Of a stretch of 64,000 nucleotides of DNA, positions 56,791-64,000 are shown piece by piece. The notes under the pieces were generated by a model. It was not told the origin of the DNA, ran no database searches, and saw only the letters and a program-made list of their open reading frames with translations. Made by a program: the position numbers and the translations under genes. The stretch comes from an uncultured Chloroflexia bacterium (GTDB lineage: Bacteria; Chloroflexota; Limnocylindria; Limnocylindrales; CSP1-4), in assembly GCA_963731635.1 (NCBI GenBank), contig CAVSWB010000001.1, positions 73,679 through 137,678 on the forward strand. The letters run 5' to 3'. Every line of letters starts with the position of its first letter. Position 1 is the first letter of the stretch.

Positions 56791-57842
56791 AGCCGTGGTC
56801 TGGACGCCGGCCACTCCAGCGGGACGATGCGAATCCCGGCCCGGAGAAGCGGCGCGGCCCCAGGCGGCTGGCGTCGGCGTCGTTCCGTCCACTCGGGCCG
56901 CGGCGCCTTCCCCGCGCCCGTCTCGACGCCGCGGGGACGGCCCGCGTCCGCTCGCCCGAGCAGATCCTCCAGCGCCTCGACTGGAAGGTCATCCGGCGCC
57001 TCGACGGCCTGCTCCAGGGCGACTACCGCAGCCTGTTCTGCGGCAACGGCATCGATCTCGTCGACCTGCGCGAGTACCAGCCGGGCGACGACGTTCGATA
57101 CATCGACTGGAACGTCACGGCTCGCATGGACACGCCGTACGTTCGCGAATACGTCGAAGATCGCGAGATCACGGCCTGGTTCCTGCTCGATCTCAGCCCG
57201 TCGGTGGATTTCGGCACCGTGGAGACCGAGCGGGTCAAGCGGACCGTCCTGATCGATTTCGTGGCGACGCTGGCACGGCTTCTGACCCGGCGCGGCAATC
57301 GCGTCGGTGCGATGTTCTACGGCAGCTCCGTGGAACTCACCGATGCCGGCCCGCGGCGGCCGCGATCCAGGTCCTGCGGCTGATCGACGAGCTGCTTCAC
57401 CAGCCGAGCCCCGAACAGGCTCCGTTCACGGATCTGTCGCCGCTCCTTGCCGCCGGCCAGAGCGTCATCAAGCGGCGCTCGCTGGTATTCATCGTCTCGG
57501 ACTTCATCAGCGTGCCGGGCTGGGAGCGGCCGCTGAGCCTGCTCAACCGGCGCCACGAGGTCGTCGCGGTCCGGCTGACCGATCCGCGCGAGATCGAACT
57601 GCCGGACGTTGGGCCGGTGATCATGGAGGACGCCGAGACGGGCGAGCAGCTCTACGTGGACACCCACGACGCGGGATTCCGGCGCCGCTTCGAGGAGGCG
57701 GCCCGCCGCCGCGGACGCCGAGATGTCCGCGGCGTTCAAGCGATGCCGGCGTCGAGGCGCTGTCGCTGTCCACCGACGAGGACCTCGTGCGCTCCATCGT
57801 CCGGATGGCCACGACCCGCCGCCGGCCAGGCGCAGGTAGCCC
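56771..57842 (+). pseudogene. DUF58-family gene (MoxR partner) interrupted by at least five frameshifts
   Basis: The DUF58 core [51 protein letters not shown] is in frame 0. It continues as MPARGGR (frame 1), [11 protein letters not shown]...VFIVSDF (frame 2), DAEMSAAFKR (frame 0) and AGVEALSLSTDEDLVRSIVRMA (frame 1). The ATG at 56771 is in frame 2. The exact end is uncertain. Confidence 0.65.
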
Positions 57843-58862
57843 ATGTCGTTCATCTGGCCCCCACTGCTTCTATCGCTGCTCCTGATCCCGGTCGGGGATA
57901 CTGCTCTACCGATTCCTCGATACGCGACGGCGCCGACGGTTGACGGACGTACGGCGGTCCGAGCGCTGGCGCAGGGCGGTCAGGCTCGACGCCGCGTCCG
58001 CGATCGGGCGCCGGCGGCGCTGCTGCTCGGCGGCCTGGCGGTGCTTTCCGTGGCGATGGCGCGACCACAGGCCGTGGTCAGCCTGCCGCAGGAGCAAGGC
58101 ACGGTCATCCTCGCCTTCGACGTGTCCGCGAGCATGGCGGCCACCGACCTCCAGCCGACGCGGATGGCCGCCGCCAAGGCCGCGGCCAGGGACTTCGTCG
58201 CGCGCCAGCCGGCCGGCGTCACGATCGGCGTCGTGGCCTTCAGCGACTCGGGCGTGTCGGTCCAGACGCCCACGACCGACCAGGCAACCGTGCTGGCCGC
58301 GATCGACAGGCTGACTCCGCAACGCGGCACGTCACTGGCGGAGGGCATCCTCGCTTCGCTCAAGGTCATAACCGTCGCCGAGGCCGGCCCGTACGCCAAC
58401 AACTACTACACCAAGCCCGCGGCCGGCGCAACACCGTCGCCGTCGCCTACGCCCGTGCCAGCCGGGAACCCACGCGCCGGCGGCCATCGTCCTGTTCAGC
58501 GACGGGGAGAACAACGAATCCCCGGATCCGCAGACGGCTGCCCAGGCGCCGCCGACCAGGGCGTGCGGATCTACACGGTCGGCATCGGGAGCACCGCCGG
58601 CGCGACCGTGACCGTCAGCGGCTTCCAGCTCCACACGCAGCTCGACGCTGCCACCCTCCAGCAGATCTCCCAGACGACCGGCGGCACCTACTTCGCCGCG
58701 ACCGACGTCGCTCAGCTGCACGCGGTCTACGACAACCTCGACACGGCGGTCGTCATCCAGCCACAGCTGACGGAGATCACGGCGATCTTCGCCGGCGTGG
58801 GCCTGGTACTGCTGATCGGGGGCGCCTTGACTTCGCTCCTGTGGCTCGGGCGACCGACATGA
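57843..58862 (+). pseudogene. VWA-domain (BatA-like) membrane protein gene with locally out-of-frame patches
   Basis: The ORF stays open in frame 0, but two conserved stretches sit in frame 1. These are GILLYRFLDTRRRRR (about 57897-57945) and THAPAAIVLFSDGENNESPDPQTAAQA (about 58468-58548). The MIDAS motif DVSASM and the C-terminal TM are in frame 0. Confidence 0.6.
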
Positions 58863-58876
58863 CCGGACGGCAATAG

Positions 58877-59982
58877 ATGGACTTCCTGTGGTCTGACTTC
58901 CTGGTGCTTCTCCTGCTGCTGCCGGCGATGGCGGCGCTGTACGTCTGGGCGATGCGGCGGCGCCGGCCGGCGGGACTGCGCTACTCGAGCCTAGCGCTGG
59001 TCCGCGAAGCGGCGCCGGGATCCTCTCGCCTGCGGCGCCACCTGCCCTTCGTGCTCCTCCTGGCGGCGTTCGGCGGCCTGGTGGTGGCGCTTGCGCGGCC
59101 GGTGGTGGTCGCTGAGCGTGCCCACCAATCAGACCACGATCATCCTCACCATCGACGTGTCCGGCAGCATGTGCTCGACCGACATCCCGCCGAGCCGGAT
59201 CCAGGCGGCGGAGTCGGCGGCCGCGGCATTCATCAAGAGCCAGCCGGCCGCGGACGCGGATCGGGATCGTCGCCTTCAGCAGCTTCGCCGAAGTGGTCCA
59301 GGCGCCCACGGCCGACAGGACGGTCCTTCTCGACGCGCTGGGCAGCCTCGCCACGGGCCAGCGAACGGCCATCGGCGATGGCATCCTGGCCTCCATCGAC
59401 GCCATATCCGAGGTCGATCCCGCCGTCGCGAAGAGCCAGACCGACACCTCGACCGGGCCCGCCCCGACGCCGGTGCCGCCGGGCGACTACGCCCCCGACA
59501 TCGTCGTCCTGCTCACCGACGGCGTGAACAACACCGGCACGGCGCCGCTGGACGCTGCTCAGCAAGCTGCCGATCGTGGTGTCCGCGTCTACACGATCGG
59601 CTTCGGGACCGCCAACGGCGGCGCCCTCGATCCGACCTGCGCGTCGCAGCTCATCGGCCGCGAGCCTGGCGGCGGCGCGGGTGCCTTCGGCGGTGGTTTC
59701 GGCGGCGGTGGCGGGTTCGGTGGCGGGTTCGGCCAGGGCGGCGGTGGCGGGTTCCCGAGAGGGATCGACGAGGCGACCCTGCAGCAGATCGCCGCCAAGA
59801 CCGGCGCCAAGTACTACCCGGCGGAGAACGCGGCCCAGCTGAACGGCGTCTTCCAGAGCCTCCCGACCAACTTGATCACCAAGCATGAGACCACGGAGGT
59901 CAGCGTCGTCTTCGTCGGGATCGGCGCGTTGCTGGCTGCGCTGGCAGCGCTGCTCGGCAAAGCCTGGCGCCCGCTGCCGTAA
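58877..59982 (+). pseudogene. VWA-domain (BatB-like) membrane protein gene with two +1 frameshifts (near 59111 and 59255) and a Gly/Phe-rich insert
   Basis: N-terminus MDFLWSDFLVLLLLLPA...ALARPVVV (frame 2); LSVPTNQTTIILTIDVSGSM...FIKSQPAA (frame 0); RIGIVAFSS...VVLLTDGVNNTG...VRVYTIGFG...C-terminal TM (frame 1). Confidence 0.65.
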
Positions 59983-59991
59983 GAACCGGGC

Positions 59992-60453
59992 CTACCGCCG
60001 GGCGGGGCCGGACTTCCAGGACGTGTATCTCGGCGGCCATTCGTCCGGACCGCCTCGAACTCCCAGGACGGCCGCCTCTATGTCGAATTCGAGGAGCCGG
60101 TAGGTCTCGTCGACCTCGAAATACCAGCCCGAGGCCACCCGATCGTAGACCGCCCCGGCCGCCACTGGCGCGGCCCGGCCCCGCACGGAGAATTCGCTCG
60201 GGGCCGCAGGATCCCGATGGGAGTGGAGGGCGTAGCGGCCGTCCTGTTCCAGGTCGGTGCGCTTCGCCGACTTCAGGATGAACGCGTACAGCACCCCGTC
60301 GACCACGCGTATCCAGATTGGATGGATGCGAGGCGGATCGTCGCCGCGGACGGTCGCCAGGAAGCCCTCGTCGATCTCTCCCCGATGGAGAAGCCGCGCG
60401 CCTCCGGCCGCCAGATCCGGCGCCGCAGCGGCGAATTCGGCCCATGTCGCCAT
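59992..60453 (-). CDS. Pyridoxamine 5'-phosphate oxidase (PPOX)-fold family protein
   Basis: FLATVRGDDPPRIHPIWIRVVDGVLYAFILKSAKRTDLEQDGRYALH. GAGGAG RBS precedes the ATG at 60453. Confidence 0.7.
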   Translation of the reverse strand: MATWAEFAAAAPDLAAGGARLLHRGEIDEGFLATVRGDDPPRIHPIWIRVVDGVLYAFILKSAKRTDLEQDGRYALHSHRDPAAPSEFSVRGRAAPVAAGAVYDRVASGWYFEVDETYRLLEFDIEAAVLGVRGGPDEWPPRYTSWKSGPARR

Positions 60454-60619
60454 GTTCCGCTCCTCGAATGCCCGCGGCGGGCTACCGGCAGCGTCCGGCA
60501 CGAGATTCGCGAGTCCGTTTCGGGACAAGGCCGCGAGCCGCTCAACCTCGCCAGTATCGCCTGTTCGTCGGGTCCCTCCGAGCGGCCGGGCAGGCTCGCT
60601 CGTTCGGTGCGCCGCCCGG

Positions 60620-61732
60620 TCAGCCCCCGGCGGCGAGGCCGCGGGCCAGGAGCTCTTCGTACCGCTCCGGATCCACATTGCCGCCGCTCAGGATGGCCAC
60701 GACACGGCCCGTCGCCGGCAGCTCGTCCTCGTGGAATAGCCACGCGGCCAGGGTGGTGGCGCCCGAGGGCTCAAGTACCAGGCGCGCTTCGCGCGAGGCG
60801 CGAACCATGGCTCGAGCTATCTCGTCCTCGGTCACGGTCACGATGCCGTCGAGATGGCGGCGCATCAGCTCGAACGGGATCTGCCCAACGTGAGTTGCTC
60901 GCTGGCCGTCGGCGATCGTTCGGCCGACCACGTCGGCGGGCCAGGTGACGATATGACCGCTGGCGAGGGACTCGCGAGCGTCGGCGGCGAGTACCGGCTC
61001 GACGCCGAGCACGACCGCGTCGGGCCTGAGCGACTTGACCGCCACCGCTACACCGGCGGCGATCCCGCCGCCCCCGACCGGCACCAGGACGGTGAGCGGC
61101 GGAGTGGCGCGCTCTGCGCCGGCCGGCGGCGCACCGCTTGTGTCGATGGCGGCGATCTGTTCGACGATTTCGAGTCCCACGGTGCCCTGGCCCGTGATCG
61201 TCGCGGCATCGTCGTACGGCGCCACGATCGACAGGCCCTCGCTCGCCGCCAGCTCGGTCGCCCGCACGGCACGCTCTTCGCTCGAAGGTCCGACGAAGAC
61301 GATTTCGGCGCCGTCCGCCCGGACCCGATCGACCTTGATCCGCGGCGCGTTCGATGGCATCACGATGACGGCCCGGACCCCCAGCAGCCGGGCCGCCCGG
61401 GCGACGCCCTGGGCGTGGTTCCCGCTGGAGTAGGCGGCGACCCCGACGGCGCGGCGTTCGGCCGGCAAGGTGGCGATGTTGTAGTAGGCGCCGCGCAGTT
61501 TGAAGGCGCCAATCGGCTGCAAAGACTCGGGCTTCAGCCAGGCCCGAGTTCGGCCGGTGCTGTCGCCGTCCAGCGGAGAGCCGAACGGAAGCAACGGCGT
61601 GCGCACCGTCACACCGCGCAGGAGCTCGGCGGCCGCGCGGATCCGGACAAGCGTCACCGGGACCGGTGGGTCGAGCCGCGCATCTGATCGAGAGCCGGAC
61701 GAGGTCCCCGGCTCTGTTTGTCGTGGGTCCAT
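60620..61732 (-). CDS. PLP-dependent threonine/serine dehydratase (threonine ammonia-lyase family, no obvious ACT domain)
   Basis: PLP-lysine motif QPIGAFKLRGA, SSGNHAQGVA, and the glycine loop VPVGGGGIAAG. Confidence 0.85.
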   Translation of the reverse strand: MDPRQTEPGTSSGSRSDARLDPPVPVTLVRIRAAAELLRGVTVRTPLLPFGSPLDGDSTGRTRAWLKPESLQPIGAFKLRGAYYNIATLPAERRAVGVAAYSSGNHAQGVARAARLLGVRAVIVMPSNAPRIKVDRVRADGAEIVFVGPSSEERAVRATELAASEGLSIVAPYDDAATITGQGTVGLEIVEQIAAIDTSGAPPAGAERATPPLTVLVPVGGGGIAAGVAVAVKSLRPDAVVLGVEPVLAADARESLASGHIVTWPADVVGRTIADGQRATHVGQIPFELMRRHLDGIVTVTEDEIARAMVRASREARLVLEPSGATTLAAWLFHEDELPATGRVVAILSGGNVDPERYEELLARGLAAGG

Positions 61733-61866
61733 GTCGCCGACTATAAGGCTCCTTCATCAGCCGGTCGGATCGGACCGCGGGAAGCAAGTCCGACAGGCGG
61801 CACAACGCTCATTCGGGCGAGGCACGGTGCCAGAATGCCGTCTCCGCAACTACCAGGAGGAGACGT

Positions 61867-62643
61867 GTGATGGTGGATGCCGTCATTTCAGTGCTCAACA
61901 AGCCGGCGTGGGTGGACCTCTCGAGCGCAGACCCCGCGGCCTCCCGGGACTTCTACTCGAAGCTGTTCGGATGGCAGGTCGAGGTCAACCCCGACCCGGT
62001 ATACGGCGGATACGCCATGGCCAAGGTCGATGGCAAGGATGTCGCCGGTATCGGGCCCAAGATGATGCCCGACGCTCCCACGGCATGGACGGTCTACATC
62101 GGCACTGACGACGCGGATGCGCTCGCGGCCAGAGTGACCGCAGCGGGCGGCGCGGTCATCGCCCCGCCGATGGAAGTCGGGGATCAGGGCCGGATGGCAG
62201 TGTTCCAGGATCCCTCGGGCGCTTACATCGCCGCCTGGCAGCCTATGGCAATGGGCGGTTTCGCGACCGGAGCGAACGCCTTCGGTTGGGCTGAGTTGAA
62301 CGCGCGGGGCGCCGACAAGACCCTGCCGTTCTACAACGCGATCTTCGGCTGGGCGTCGAAGTCGAGCCCGATGGGCGAAGGTCAGCCCCCCTACATCGAG
62401 TTCCTGCTCGGCGACGACAGCATCGCCGGCGCCACGGAAATGAACGCCATGGTCCCGCCGGAAGTACCGAGCTACTGGATCGTCTACTTCAACGTCGGTG
62501 ACGTCGACGGCGCGTTCCGCAAGGCCCTCGACGCCGGCGCACGGGAAATGCTTGCCCCGATGGACTTCTCCGGCGGGCGTTTCGCAATCATGGCCGACCC
62601 CCAGGGCGCCGTATTCGGCGTGCTCAAGACGATCCCCCGCTGA
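61867..62643 (+). CDS. Two-domain VOC (glyoxalase-fold) family protein
   Basis: Duplicated pattern WVDLSSADPAASRDFYSKLFGW / WAELNARGADKTLPFYNAIFGW, with FQDPSGA and MADPQGAVFG. AGGAGGAG RBS. Confidence 0.8.
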   Translation: MMVDAVISVLNKPAWVDLSSADPAASRDFYSKLFGWQVEVNPDPVYGGYAMAKVDGKDVAGIGPKMMPDAPTAWTVYIGTDDADALAARVTAAGGAVIAPPMEVGDQGRMAVFQDPSGAYIAAWQPMAMGGFATGANAFGWAELNARGADKTLPFYNAIFGWASKSSPMGEGQPPYIEFLLGDDSIAGATEMNAMVPPEVPSYWIVYFNVGDVDGAFRKALDAGAREMLAPMDFSGGRFAIMADPQGAVFGVLKTIPR

Positions 62644-62704
62644 CACCGGGCGCTTCGCCGACGATCAGTCGGTGCGTGGCCGGCGGCGCCATGTCGCCGG
62701 AGCG

Positions 62705-62740
62705 AATGCCGGGCCGAGCTTCACTGCTCGGCCCGGCATT
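62705..62740. terminator. Perfect 15-bp-stem hairpin downstream of the VOC gene
   Basis: AATGCCGGGCCGAGC, loop ttcact, GCTCGGCCCGGCATT, starting 62 nt after the stop at 62643. No U-tract. Confidence 0.5.
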
Positions 62741-63091
62741 ACCGTCACTAACGGCCGGGAAGGGCCCGGCTCCAGATCGCGAGGCGGCTCCCCGGGGGGG
62801 CAGCTGCGTGGGCACCGCGGGCGCCGCGGCGAGGTTCCTGTGCGCCCTGAGCGGCAAATAGCCGGCGACCCCTCCGGGCCACGACCTCGCAGGGCCGGTG
62901 GTCGTGCTCCGCCTCTGGGCGGGCCCACGCGACAGGGGAGATACGGCCCCCACAGTCGGGAAGTGCGGCCCGCGGACCGGACGTGCCGGCTTCGTACCAT
63001 CTGGAACAAGTCCCATCAGATCGCGCCGGTCGAACGCGACCTGACCACCGTCTGCGCTTCGTTCTTCATTACGGATTTGGAGAGAGGGCAC

Positions 63092-63583
63092 ATGCCCGTC
63101 CTGCACGCCAAGCCACCCGCGCCCAGCGACGACAAGCGCTGGAAGATCGTCGAGACCCGTATGCGCCGCATCGGCGATCGACCTGCCGCGTTGATCGAGG
63201 CCCTGCACGCCGCTCAGGAGGCCTTCGGCTACATCGACAACGACGCCCTCCACTATGTCGGCGACACGCTCGGCGTACCCCATTCGCGGGTCTACGGCGT
63301 CGCAACGTTCTACTCGTTCTTCACCCTCAAGCCCGAGGGCGAGCACACCTGCGTGGTCTGCACCGGGACCGCCTGCTATATCAACGGGGCCAAGGACATC
63401 ATCGCGGGCCTCGAAAGCGGGCTCCACGTCAAGCCGAAGCACACCACCGCCGACGGCAAGGTCTCCGTCCTGACTGCACGCTGCCTGGGCGCTTGCAGCC
63501 TGGCGCCGGCCGTCGTCGTGGATGGCGAGGTCAAGGGCAAAGTCACCCCTTCGGAGCTCGTCGCTCAGCTGGAGGCCTTGTGA
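63092..63583 (+). CDS. NuoE/HoxE-like thioredoxin-fold [2Fe-2S] subunit of an NAD(P)-linked oxidoreductase
   Basis: ALIEALHAAQEAFGYI...VYGVATFYSFF...HTCVVCTGTACYINGA...TARCLGACSLAPAVVVDG. GGAGAGAGGG RBS precedes the ATG at 63092. Confidence 0.85.
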   Translation: MPVLHAKPPAPSDDKRWKIVETRMRRIGDRPAALIEALHAAQEAFGYIDNDALHYVGDTLGVPHSRVYGVATFYSFFTLKPEGEHTCVVCTGTACYINGAKDIIAGLESGLHVKPKHTTADGKVSVLTARCLGACSLAPAVVVDGEVKGKVTPSELVAQLEAL

Positions 63584-64000
63584 GCGAGATGACCTCGGCG
63601 GCCCGGCCCAATCACCGCCGGACCGATGACACTTCCCACGAGCCGCAGCGCGCGACGGCGTATGTCTGCGAAGCCGCCAGTTGCATGTCAGCTCGGGCTC
63701 ACGAGATCACCATGCGCCTCGGCGAGCGCACGGCCGAAGACGGCCTGACCGACGTCACCGTCAAGCGTGTGGGCTGCCTCGGCCTGTGTGCCGCCGGTCC
63801 GCTCGTCGAGATCGCGGAAACGGGCGAGCTCTTCTCCCACGTCACCCCCGAGAACGTCGAGGGCATCGTCAGCGCCCTCGAGGCCGTGAAGCCGACCGAC
63901 ACGCGCCGGCCGCAGGGGCCGTTCTTCGAGAAGCAGCTGCGGGTCGCAACCGAGAACCTCGGCCGCATCGACCCGGAAAGCCTCGACGACTACATCGAGC
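63580..64000 (+). CDS. NuoF/HoxF-like flavoprotein subunit, N-terminal part (3' end outside window)
   Basis: The start (GTG 63580 or ATG 63589) overlaps or abuts the previous stop. It opens with an N-terminal [2Fe-2S] thioredoxin-like domain (YVCEAASCMSA...RVGCLGLCAAGPLVEI). Then comes FFEKQLRVATENLGRIDPESLDDYIE, as seen before the NADH/FMN domain. The frame is open to the window edge. Confidence 0.8.
   Translation, partial: MSEMTSAARPNHRRTDDTSHEPQRATAYVCEAASCMSARAHEITMRLGERTAEDGLTDVTVKRVGCLGLCAAGPLVEIAETGELFSHVTPENVEGIVSALEAVKPTDTRRPQGPFFEKQLRVATENLGRIDPESLDDYIE

Noticed and set aside
55777-59982. Programmed ribosomal frameshifting as the explanation for the split MoxR, DUF58 and VWA frames.
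   Set aside because: There are far too many shifts (at least 12) spread over four genes. I saw no recurring slippery heptamer or downstream structure at the shift sites. Sequence error or gene decay is the simpler explanation.

Overview
High-GC bacterial chromosomal segment. Gene content suggests Actinomycetota or Chloroflexota, but this cannot be decided from sequence alone. I support about 70 protein-coding genes, called from conserved motifs in the ORF translations, ribosome-binding sites and start/stop overlaps. I saw no rRNA, tRNA, CRISPR array, transposase, integrase or phage genes. Most long ORFs that lie antisense to, or overlap, recognisable genes are GC-composition artefacts and were discarded.

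Four regions stand out:
1. 8.7-16.4 kb: a tightly packed ten-gene operon (ArsR, DsrE, TusA, MvhD-like, two HdrA paralogs, a small winged-helix-like ORF, a QmoC/HdrC-E-type membrane iron-sulfur subunit, a NifX-like protein, an anchored rhodanese). It joins a sulfur-relay set to a Qmo-like electron-transfer complex, but the usual catalytic partners (AprBA, HdrB, LbpA) are absent from the window. This is my best candidate for an undescribed system.
2. 2.9-6.5 kb: a PadR - EXLDI protein - ABC exporter module. A 17-bp tandem repeat array precedes it, and a near-palindromic operator overlaps a canonical promoter.
3. 55.8-60.0 kb: a MoxR-DUF58-VWA-VWA operon interrupted by at least a dozen single-base frameshifts, almost all insertions. 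I noticed no such frameshifts elsewhere in the window. This is either a local sequence-quality problem or a very young pseudogenised operon.
4. A Fur/Nur-like regulator divergent from a NiCoT nickel transporter, next to an ECF-S-like / AKR-ferredoxin / unknown gene trio.

The rest is ordinary: ilvD, lgt, rpoD, pip, uxaC, dps, hydrolases, transporters, a two-component system, a diguanylate cyclase, and an ECF sigma factor with a BNR-propeller partner. A NuoE/NuoF-like pair runs off the 3' edge. All family assignments rest on motif recognition by eye; no database search was run.
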